From Candidatus Sigynarchaeum calidifontis (GTDB lineage Archaea; Asgardarchaeota; Lokiarchaeia; Sigyniarchaeales; Sigyniarchaeaceae): DNA of 13,900 nt. Positions 1 through 6,939 of the stretch are shown piece by piece; within the stretch, counting starts at the first letter, position 1, and every line of letters begins with the position of its first letter. The stretch is taken from assembly GCA_030587475.2 (NCBI GenBank), contig JAUQYZ020000121.1, positions 1 to 13,900 on the forward strand, in the 5' to 3' direction. Position numbers and translations under genes: made by a program. The notes beneath the pieces are model-generated. The model was given only the letters and a program-made list of their open reading frames with translations, did not search any database and was not told the DNA's origin.

Positions 1-132
1 GATCTTGCTCTTTCGGTCACGTAATCTTTGGAACATGCCAAGCGCGAACGCACCGAAGAACACCATCGCGATGGTAAAGCAAACCGTGAATAGGACGGAT
101 ATGAGAACGCCCTCGAGCATGTATTGCAGCAT
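1..132 (-). CDS. Partial (runs off window edge) membrane protein, N-terminus
   Basis: Manual translation from ATG 132: MLQYMLEGVLISVLFTVCFTIAMVFFGAFALGMFQRLRDRKSKI, a hydrophobic TM segment followed by a basic stretch, open to position 1. TATA-like TTGTATAG (161-154, minus) lies ~22 nt upstream. Not in the ORF track. Confidence 0.6.
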   Translation of the reverse strand, partial: MLQYMLEGVLISVLFTVCFTIAMVFFGAFALGMFQRLRDRKSKI

Positions 133-240
133 CTTATCTCGCCTTGGTCACTACCTATACAATGGATCGCGGTGTTTTTTTAGGTATTGGCACTCGCCGC
201 GCTCGATTCAATTTATTGCTCCCACGCCTTTATAACGGTT

Positions 241-996
241 ATGAAAAAGGAGAAGATCCTCATCGACTACCTTCCCAAGAAAATCAGCAGGCCACTGCAG
301 ACCATCATCGAGGACATCATCGTGAAGTTCCGCCACAAGAACATGGTTGACCTGTATTCCAATTTCGTGAGCAAGGGGGATCTTGCCTTTGACATCGGGG
401 CATATCGCGGCCTGATCACGGACGTCCTCCTCTCGATCGGAGCAAAAGTGGTTGCCTTGGAACCCAACCCTGACATGTTTGCCAAATTGCAAAAAAAGTT
501 CCGAGACAAGCTAGACGTGACTATCCTCAACATGGGTGCGGGTAGCGTGGAATGTGAGCTCGATTTCCACATCAATCAGAAAGTACCGCAAAGCTGCACG
601 TTTTCAGAACAATTCATCAGCGATAGCAGGTATTCCTTGCGAAAATGGGAGAACACGGTTAAGGTACCCGTCACGAAGCTGGACACGCTGATCGACAAGT
701 ATGGAATTCCCAAGTTCATCAAGATCGATGTGGAGGGCTACGAGTGGAGCGTTATCCAAGGTCTCACAAAGAAGGTACCGTTCCTCACCTATGAATTCCA
801 CCGGGAGTTCATGGAAGACACGAAAAAATGCGCCGCGCACCTTGCAAGCCTCGGAAATGCCATGTTTAACTACAACCTCGATTTGAATTTCAAGTCCACG
901 TCGCCGGAATGGCTCACGATGGACGCGCTGTTTGCGGATCTGGACTCGCGCAAAGAGGAGAACTTGAAGGGAGATATCATCGTGAAGTTGACGTGA
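241..996 (+). CDS. FkbM-family SAM-dependent methyltransferase
   Basis: Motifs AFDIGAYRG, VVALEPNP, V.VTKLDTL and FIKIDVEGYEWSVIQG. ATG 241 preferred over TTG 187; TTTATTG at 212-218 would fit a leaderless start. Confidence 0.88.
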   Translation: MKKEKILIDYLPKKISRPLQTIIEDIIVKFRHKNMVDLYSNFVSKGDLAFDIGAYRGLITDVLLSIGAKVVALEPNPDMFAKLQKKFRDKLDVTILNMGAGSVECELDFHINQKVPQSCTFSEQFISDSRYSLRKWENTVKVPVTKLDTLIDKYGIPKFIKIDVEGYEWSVIQGLTKKVPFLTYEFHREFMEDTKKCAAHLASLGNAMFNYNLDLNFKSTSPEWLTMDALFADLDSRKEENLKGDIIVKLT

Positions 997-1040
997 AGGA
1001 ACGCGGGAATTTCGGTCTCAATGTTCGAACGTGGTTGGTA

Positions 1041-2060
1041 TCACGCCTCTGGAGCTGGCTCCTGCCTCACCGCCGGGACGGGAACTGGCACGTCGGCCGT
1101 GCCCGGCTTTTTCATGACCGCCTCTGATTCTATCTTGCTCGTGAGGAGGATGCCCACGACCATGAACGCGATCCCGATCCATGCTATCGAGTCGATCGGC
1201 TCCGCACACATGAAAAAACCGAACAAGATCGAGACGAGAAAGTTCAACGACGTGTTGATAGGTATCGTCACGCCCGCGCGCCCGTGCTGATACATCATCG
1301 TCAACAAGAAAAAATTGGCGATAAAATTGCCGATCCAGAGCCAAAAATAGACCGATGTGAGGAAATGAAGGCTGTTTGGAACGAAGATCGAGAACATGAT
1401 AGTGAAAAACTCGGGTAAATCGAACATGTTGAATATATCGACTTGAGGCAACGTTCCGAGATCGTATGCCCTCACGATAGGAAGCACCTTTAAGGCCAAG
1501 GTCCCGGCCACGCCCGATATGCCCGCCCCGACGGCGAGGAGCACCTCCTTGACCTTGACGTTTTTCAGCTTGGTATAGGTGAGAAGCGTCGCCAGCTCGA
1601 TGCCGCCAGCCGCCGCGAAGAAGAGCAGCCCTTGGACTCGCATCCCTTGGACAGCACCTGCATAGAACGGGGTCACCTGGGAATTCATGATGACAGACAT
1701 CATGAGCATCATGCTGAAGAAAACGACTACTAATCCAACGACTTCGACTTTCTTGAACCGTTCTTTCATGTACTTGGCAGAAAATATGAAGATGATGATC
1801 AAGCCAAGCCTTTGGCAGACCATGATGAATGAAACGGTGGATATAGACAACAGCGCGGCGAAATACGGGACGGAGAGGACATTAAGCAAGATCCCGGCAA
1901 GCCAGACCTTGTTCTTGGCGAGGTTCACGAGCACAGAAACGTATCTCTCCTCGCCAAAACGCGGGGATCGCGTCGCGCCGACCTTCTGGCATATGATGGC
2001 CCCGTAAACAAGGCCAACGTAGATCAAGTTGAAGATAAAAATCTCGAGCACAGAAGACAT
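1041..2060 (-). CDS. DMT-superfamily integral membrane transporter, NIPA (Mg2+ transporter)-like
   Basis: About 9 hydrophobic segments. The pattern CQKVG...KNKVWLAGILL...FSAKYMKERF and C-terminal EPI...WIGIAFMVVGILL match DMT/EamA/NIPA-type repeats. Confidence 0.65.
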   Translation of the reverse strand: MSSVLEIFIFNLIYVGLVYGAIICQKVGATRSPRFGEERYVSVLVNLAKNKVWLAGILLNVLSVPYFAALLSISTVSFIMVCQRLGLIIIFIFSAKYMKERFKKVEVVGLVVVFFSMMLMMSVIMNSQVTPFYAGAVQGMRVQGLLFFAAAGGIELATLLTYTKLKNVKVKEVLLAVGAGISGVAGTLALKVLPIVRAYDLGTLPQVDIFNMFDLPEFFTIMFSIFVPNSLHFLTSVYFWLWIGNFIANFFLLTMMYQHGRAGVTIPINTSLNFLVSILFGFFMCAEPIDSIAWIGIAFMVVGILLTSKIESEAVMKKPGTADVPVPVPAVRQEPAPEA

Positions 2061-2185
2061 CGGACTTCATGCCCAATAAGGAAGTACGGGTTAAAAAAAT
2101 GTACGTGGATTGTTCCCGGCTGCGTGTCTTGGTGGATATCCGTTTCACGTGAGCGTGAATAGATCGATCGAACGCACCCACCGGT

Positions 2186-2959
2186 TCATGCTTTCTTTTT
2201 CGCGCTCGATTGTTCTTCGTCCTTGGCCTCGGCGATTTCCTTCTTCATGGCGAGGATCTGGTCGACGATCTTGGCTGCCAGCTCGTGTCGCTCTTCACGC
2301 TTGATGTTCGGCTTCACCGATATCGGTTCAGCGACCTTGAAGTGAATGGATTTCCCAAGCTTGAAGCCTTTCAATGGCGTAGCGGCGTAGATGATGACGG
2401 GACAAGGAATGCCGGCTGCGAACTTGAGCACGCCGGATATCGACTTGTCGAGCCGCTCTCGCTCGCCATTATCGAGGGGGATCATGGCGACGAGGTCCTT
2501 GTCTTGGTTCAAGAACTCGATCGTCTTTTGGATCGGCTCCATGTCATCTTGCGATGTCGTTGAGCGGAACGCCCCGATAGCATCGAGCAAGGGTTTCAAG
2601 CCCGGGGTCTCGAACATTTTTACAGGAACCATGAAGTGTATTTTTCGAGGGGTTAGCTTCGTGGCGAGAAATAGCTCGATGGGTTGCTCGACGATGCTGC
2701 ATAAAATGGCAGGCTTGAACTCAGGGACGTGCTCCAGGCCGTCGATCTTCATGGGGATGAACGTGGAGCTCAAAAAATCGACCGATTTCCGAAGCGCAAG
2801 GTAAGTGAGCTCGTCGGCCACTTTCAGCATTTTCTGCTCTGCGAGGAATTTTCTTGCCCCTTCCAGGACCTTGTCGACCATCCCGAGCAGTGGATTGCTT
2901 TCCTTCTTCTCCTTGGTCTCGCTGTCCTTCGGTTTTTCTTCGCTCTTTTTTTCGCTCAT
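2186..2959 (-). CDS. PlsC/LPLAT acyltransferase-fold protein with degenerate catalytic motifs
   Basis: Fold-typical segments KIDGLEHVP..PAIL, RKIHFMV...FETP..LL..IGAF and A.IPCPVI are present, but NHxxxxD and FPEGT are not conserved. ATG 2959 chosen (GTG 2968 is an alternative). Confidence 0.65.
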   Translation of the reverse strand: MSEKKSEEKPKDSETKEKKESNPLLGMVDKVLEGARKFLAEQKMLKVADELTYLALRKSVDFLSSTFIPMKIDGLEHVPEFKPAILCSIVEQPIELFLATKLTPRKIHFMVPVKMFETPGLKPLLDAIGAFRSTTSQDDMEPIQKTIEFLNQDKDLVAMIPLDNGERERLDKSISGVLKFAAGIPCPVIIYAATPLKGFKLGKSIHFKVAEPISVKPNIKREERHELAAKIVDQILAMKKEIAEAKDEEQSSAKKKA

Positions 2960-3038
2960 TCGGATCACTAGGACTCGTGACTTGTTGTTCCGTGGAAACT
3001 GGCCCCCTTAAAAAAATAGCATACTAATCACGCGGGGA

Positions 3039-3065
3039 TAATAACACGTCTTGCGGTTGTTATTA
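3039..3065. repeat. 8-bp perfect inverted repeat TAATAACA-N11-TGTTATTA
   Basis: Read directly; lies in the divergent plsC-like/aroA' intergenic region. Confidence 0.6.
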
Positions 3066-3167
3066 AGAACCTTGATTGCCGAGTAATCATCGCCATCAAC
3101 GAGTTTCGACCCGTGGAGCATTAAAGATCACTTGTTTTATCACGAAGGCTTCAATTCCACGCGCTCG

Positions 3168-3201
3168 TTTCTAAAGAAGTGGTGTTGCTTAACTTTAGAA
3201 A
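3168..3201. repeat. 9-bp perfect inverted repeat TTTCTAAAG-N16-CTTTAGAAA
   Basis: Read directly; the spacer can pair further (AAGUG/UGCUU). Confidence 0.6.
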
Positions 3202-3345
3202 AACAAGCCCGGTATTTCGAGAACCTCCGTGCAAAACCTTAATTTTCGGGCCTCGCTCGCGCCAGTGAATCGATAATCCTAAATAGGTTGGCCCACTTTT
3301 TTCCCACCGGGTATAATCGAGCTTCAAACAGTCAAGGTGCCTTCT

Positions 3346-4164
3346 ATGAGTTCTATGGGAAAAGCGATCCGATTGGAACGCTTGATCAACAGGAAAACAA
3401 AGAAAACCATCATCGTGCCCATGGATCACGGTTTGACAATGGGTACCATCAAGGGCCTGGAAAACATGCCCAAGATCGTGAATCAAGTTGCCGAAGGCGG
3501 TGCAAACGCTGTTCTATTGCATGCGGGCGTGGCGCTGGCCGGGCACAGGACCTCGATGGGAGTACAGTCAACGAAGGACATTGGCCTCATCATCCACCTG
3601 TCCGCGAGCACGAAGCTCAGCCCCACGCCGAACCGGAAGGTGATCGTTTGCCCGGTCGAGGATGCTGTCCGGATGGGCGCTGACGGCGTGTCGATCCACA
3701 TCAACATCGGCGACAACGACGAGCCAGAGATGCTGCAAGAAATGGGCGAGATCTCGAGCATGTGCCGGTATTTCGGCATGCCCCTGCTTGCCATGATGTA
3801 CCCGCGCGGGCCGAACATCAAGGTGGAACACGATCCAGAGGTCGTCAACATCGCAGCCAGGGTCGGCGCCGAGCTTGGCGCGGACATCGTCAAGACCAAC
3901 TACACGGGAAACGTCGACACGTTCAAACCGATCGTCAAGGGCACCCCGGCGCCCGTCATCATCGCCGGCGGGCCGAAAATGAACACCGTGCGAGACATCT
4001 TGACGATGGTGCACGAGGCGGTCAACGAAGCGGGAGCAATGGGCATCGCTATGGGGCGCAATGTCTGGCAATCCGATGACCCCACGAAGATGGTGCAAGC
4101 CTTGTCCAAGATCATCAACGAGAACTGGACGGTCGAGGAGACCTTGAAGGAATTCCATTTTTAG
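3346..4164 (+). CDS. aroA': 2-amino-3,7-dideoxy-D-threo-hept-6-ulosonate synthase (DhnA-type class I aldolase family)
   Basis: GKAIRLERL, IIVPMDHG, HLSASTKLSPTPNRKV, PLLAMMYPRG, Schiff-base Lys in ADIVKTNYTG, AGGPK, GRNVWQ. SD AGGTG precedes ATG 3346. An FBP aldolase/DKFP synthase paralog cannot be fully excluded. Confidence 0.8.
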   Translation: MSSMGKAIRLERLINRKTKKTIIVPMDHGLTMGTIKGLENMPKIVNQVAEGGANAVLLHAGVALAGHRTSMGVQSTKDIGLIIHLSASTKLSPTPNRKVIVCPVEDAVRMGADGVSIHINIGDNDEPEMLQEMGEISSMCRYFGMPLLAMMYPRGPNIKVEHDPEVVNIAARVGAELGADIVKTNYTGNVDTFKPIVKGTPAPVIIAGGPKMNTVRDILTMVHEAVNEAGAMGIAMGRNVWQSDDPTKMVQALSKIINENWTVEETLKEFHF

Positions 4165-4167
4165 ATC

Positions 4168-4176
4168 TTTTTTTTT
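4168..4176 (+). terminator. Archaeal oligo-T terminator (T9)
   Basis: Nine consecutive T starting 4 nt after the aroA' stop, followed by a pyrimidine-rich tract. Confidence 0.6.
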
Positions 4177-4314
4177 GAACGCGTTCCATCTTGTTGTTCT
4201 TTGCCTCCCGAAGCGAGAATCGAGTTAAGCAGCGAACTTTCGGGTGGATGTTGAGAGCGTTTATTCTACTGGGCACCATGCGATAAAATGTCACTTTAGA
4301 GTGTCTTCTCAGTG

Positions 4315-4350
4315 TTCACTTTCATATCTGAAAGTGAAGGGTTATTAACC
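4315..4350 (+). promoter_or_regulatory. Putative operator palindrome plus TATA-like box of the metVF promoter
   Basis: TTCACTTTCA-TATC-TGAAAGTGAA (4315-4338) is immediately followed by GGTTATTAACC (4340-4350), ~50 nt before the metV start. Confidence 0.6.
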
Positions 4351-4397
4351 GTAAAACGATGTTGGATCATATCCTTTCGATAAAGAGTTGATCGATT

Positions 4398-5180
4398 TTG
4401 ATAGTGACTACAAAAAAAGCTATAGCGGAAATCCTTGACCTCCTCAAACCGTTCGAAAAAATCTTCTTGCTCGGTTGCGGGAGCTGTTCCACGGTATGCC
4501 TCACGGGCGGCGAGAACCAAGTCAAGGAGATGGCCAAGATTCTCACGGGAGAATCGGCCTACAAGTACGAGGTCGAAGTAGAAAAAGAATACGTGGATGA
4601 AAAAGGAAAGACGAAGAAGAAAAAGGAGATGGAGCTCCGTGAAGCAAAATGCCCAGACAAGCACGTGGTCACGGGCTCGATCATCATCGAGGAACCGTGC
4701 GACGTGCGCCTGGATACCAAGGATCTCCCCACGGCACCGGGGCTCGCGGACGCTGATGCCATCCTCGCCATGACGTGCGGCGTCGGGATGCAAACGGTAT
4801 ACGACGTGCTCATCAGCGCCAAGGAGAAGGGCAAGATCCCCAAGCTGCCAAGGGTGTTCGTCGCCAATGACACCCGGTTCATCGGCCAAACCGAGCGCAT
4901 CGGTGTGTTCCACGAGATGTGCCGTGGCTGCGGCGACTGCATGCTCAACGAAACCGGTGGGATCTGCCCTGTCGTCCGCTGCGGAAAATCGCTCATGAAC
5001 GGTCCCTGCGGGGGCATGATCAACGGCAAGTGCGAGGTCAAGGATTACACCTTGCCATGCGGCTGGGCGCAGCTGTACGAGCGCTTGAAATTGCTCAACA
5101 AGCTCGAGACATACGTCGACGTTAACGAGCCCCGCGATTTCGCCCGCTGGACGGCAACACGTGACGTCATGAACAGGTAA
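4398..5180 (+). CDS. metV: Methylenetetrahydrofolate reductase Fe-S/Zn subunit MetV (MTHFR C-terminal-like domain protein)
   Basis: GCGSCSTVC.TGG, TCGVG.Q, CRGCGDC, GGICPVVRCGKSLMNGPCGG..NGKCEV and PCGW..LYERLK. TTG start gives the family-typical MIV..K N-terminus. Directly upstream of metF. Confidence 0.88.
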   Translation: MIVTTKKAIAEILDLLKPFEKIFLLGCGSCSTVCLTGGENQVKEMAKILTGESAYKYEVEVEKEYVDEKGKTKKKKEMELREAKCPDKHVVTGSIIIEEPCDVRLDTKDLPTAPGLADADAILAMTCGVGMQTVYDVLISAKEKGKIPKLPRVFVANDTRFIGQTERIGVFHEMCRGCGDCMLNETGGICPVVRCGKSLMNGPCGGMINGKCEVKDYTLPCGWAQLYERLKLLNKLETYVDVNEPRDFARWTATRDVMNR

Positions 5181-5196
5181 ACGAGGTGCATGCAAC

Positions 5197-6132
5197 ATGG
5201 TGAAAAAAGTATTCTCCAACCTGAAAAAAGCCCTCGTCGAGGGCAAGTTCGTCTTCACGGGCGAGCTGGAACCCCATTTCTCGACGTCCATCGACGACAC
5301 GATCGAGGACGCGAAGGCCATGAAGAATTACGTGACCGCTGCCAACGTGACCGACAACCCCGCGAGCGACACGGGCTTCGTGAGCAACGTGGCATCGCAC
5401 ATCGTGCAAAAGGAGACCGGCCTCGAGGTCATCTGGCAGCTCAGGTGCACGGACAAGAACCGCATGGCACTCATCGCTGACTTGCTGGCCGCGCCGCGCC
5501 TTGGGCTGAAGAACGTGCTGGCACTGACCGGTGATCACCCGTGGTGTTCGCCGCACTGGCGGCCCTCGAAGCCGGTCTATGACCTCGATTCGACGACGCT
5601 CGTTCGACTAGTTAACGAGATGGTTGAAAAGCACACGGCGCTTGGCAAGGAATATGCGGGCCCCCCCGTTGAACTCAACGTCGGTGGCGCCGCGAATCCC
5701 AACGCCGGGCCGTTGGAAGCGGAACTCCTCAAGTTGCAGCGGAAAGCGAAGGTCGGCTGCGACTGGTTCCAGACCCAGGTCGTCTTCGACGTCCAGAAGA
5801 CACTCGACTTCCTCAAGGAAGTGAATAAGTTCGGCGTGCCCGTCTTGATCGGACTTTTCCCCATAAAATCATATGAGGTCGCCAATGGATTCAATACCAT
5901 GGTTCCCGGCGTGAAGGTTCCCGACTCGTTGATGGCCAAGTTCAAGCAGATCAAGACCGAATGGAAAAATGTTGACAAGAAGCGCATGGAAGAGGAATAC
6001 CTCAAGCTCAACGCGGAATTCCTCGGCCCCGTGATCCAGGAGCTGCGCAGCAAGAAAGCATGCGCGGGCATCCACATAATGGCCGTGCATTATCCCGAAG
6101 CATTCCCCGCGCTGTTCAAGTACGTTTCCTGA
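5197..6132 (+). CDS. metF: 5,10-methylenetetrahydrofolate reductase, flavin subunit
   Basis: FVFTGELEP, ANVTDNP, QLRCTDKNR, NVLALTGDHP, KPVYDLDS, FQTQVVFD, GIHIMA. SD GAGGTG at 5183-5188. Confidence 0.92.
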   Translation: MVKKVFSNLKKALVEGKFVFTGELEPHFSTSIDDTIEDAKAMKNYVTAANVTDNPASDTGFVSNVASHIVQKETGLEVIWQLRCTDKNRMALIADLLAAPRLGLKNVLALTGDHPWCSPHWRPSKPVYDLDSTTLVRLVNEMVEKHTALGKEYAGPPVELNVGGAANPNAGPLEAELLKLQRKAKVGCDWFQTQVVFDVQKTLDFLKEVNKFGVPVLIGLFPIKSYEVANGFNTMVPGVKVPDSLMAKFKQIKTEWKNVDKKRMEEEYLKLNAEFLGPVIQELRSKKACAGIHIMAVHYPEAFPALFKYVS

Positions 6133-6136
6133 GGCT

Positions 6137-6160
6137 CTTCTCTTTTTCTCGTTTTTTTCC
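6137..6160 (+). terminator. Pyrimidine/oligo-T terminator of metVF
   Basis: T5 and T7 runs within a CT-rich tract just after the metF stop. Confidence 0.5.
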
Positions 6161-6249
6161 ATCCGATAAGGATTTCATCAATTCAAGGAATTCTACAAGG
6201 TAGGATCGGCACCTCCACGCGTGTTATGGAGTAGAACAATGTCTAACCG

Positions 6250-6264
6250 AGAAGGTTTTTATTA
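6250..6264 (+). promoter_or_regulatory. Putative BRE-TATA promoter of the cold-shock gene
   Basis: Purine-rich AGAAGG followed by TTTTTATTA; would place the transcription start near ~6285, just ahead of the structured leader. Confidence 0.45.
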
Positions 6265-6285
6265 TGTTTAAAATTCCAGCAAGCA

Positions 6286-6371
6286 GACGGGAACCAATTC
6301 CGTCGGTCTATACCGGACAGTTGTGGAAGGATTTCGATCTTAAAAAATTGAGACCCGTTTCATAATCCGGT
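6286..6371 (+). promoter_or_regulatory. Structured putative 5' leader RNA (two hairpins) of the cold-shock gene
   Basis: Hairpin 1: 6286-6292 pairs with 6298-6304. Hairpin 2: 6312-6338 pairs with 6347-6371, 23 pairs including 4 G-U (hand-folded). Confidence 0.5.
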
Positions 6372-6408
6372 CGAATAAATGATAGATCGAGCAATAATCG
6401 TGAGTGAT

Positions 6409-6831
6409 ATGGTCAACGGAACGTGTAAATGGTTCAATTCGAGAAAAGGTTATGGTTTTCTCACGCCAGATGGCGCTCCCGAGGGTGAAAAATCGGACGT
6501 TTTTGTTCACCACACGAACATCAAGATGGAAGGCTTTCGTGCCCTCTACGAAGGCGACAAGGTGACCTTTGACATCGAGGAGGGTGCTAAGGGCAAGGAG
6601 GCAAAGAACGTCGTAGTCGTCGAGAAGGCTCCACGCCCGAAACGCCGCCGAGGTCCTCGCAAGGAAGGCGCAGCTGAAGCGAAACCCGAAGGTACGGCCG
6701 CGGGGAAAACCGAAGGCGCAGCTGAGAGTGGTGAGAAGCCGGCCGAAGACGCGGAAGCGAACTCGAAGAAGGGTAAGAAAAAGAAATCAGATTCAGAAGG
6801 CGGCGAGAAATCCGACTCGGAAAGTGAGTAG
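6409..6831 (+). CDS. csp: Cold-shock domain RNA-binding protein with long charged low-complexity C-terminal tail
   Basis: GTCKWFN, RNP1 KGYGFL, RNP2 DVFVHH, EGFRAL.EGDKVTF and KGKEAKNV, then a ~68-aa Arg/Lys/Glu/Ala/Ser tail. ATG 6409 is preceded by SD-like GAGTGA (ATG 6379 is an alternative). Confidence 0.92.
   Translation: MVNGTCKWFNSRKGYGFLTPDGAPEGEKSDVFVHHTNIKMEGFRALYEGDKVTFDIEEGAKGKEAKNVVVVEKAPRPKRRRGPRKEGAAEAKPEGTAAGKTEGAAESGEKPAEDAEANSKKGKKKKSDSEGGEKSDSESE
6664..6725 (+). repeat. Intragenic degenerate 24-nt/8-aa tandem repeat
   Basis: GAAGGCGCAGCTGA occurs at 6664-6677 and 6712-6725 (48 nt apart). Peptide KEGAAEA-KPEGTAAG-KTEGAAES. Confidence 0.55.
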
Positions 6832-6842
6832 AACCACGCAGC

Positions 6843-6900
6843 AGTGTTCAATGCATGCGTTCCATGTTGAATGCTACTAGCGTTTTTTCTTGATTTTCTT
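6843..6900 (+). terminator. Hairpin plus U-tract terminator / 3' stabiliser of csp
   Basis: AGTGTTCAA(TG)CATG-CGTTC-CATGTTGAATGCT stem (6843-6875), followed by TTTTTTCTT..TTTTCTTT. Confidence 0.6.
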
Positions 6901-6939
6901 TCCTTCCATACAAATTTTTAAAAGGCACCGGCTGGATGT

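Noticed and set aside
187-240. TTG-initiated N-terminal extension of the FkbM gene
   Set aside because: The region looks like a divergent promoter (TTTATTG, TTTATAA); ATG 241 is more plausible.
4178-4261. Possible riboswitch (THF/SAM) between aroA' and metV
   Set aside because: Some pairing is possible (CCCGAAG/TTTCGGG), but no recognisable aptamer consensus, and it lies upstream of the putative metV promoter.
4315-4338. Rex operator upstream of metVF
   Set aside because: Rex sites are TTGTGAA-N4-TTCACAA; here the half-sites are in the opposite orientation with different spacing.
4296-5321. 341-aa antisense ORF over metV, plus other long shadow ORFs (3568-4158, 7276-8025, 12955-13725)
   Set aside because: They mirror well-supported genes on the opposite strand, as expected from codon bias, and show no motifs.
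6379-6410. SECIS or kink-turn-like AUGA...AA...GA pattern
   Set aside because: Spacing and helix pairing do not fit a SECIS, and no gene in the window has an in-frame UGA at a Cys position.
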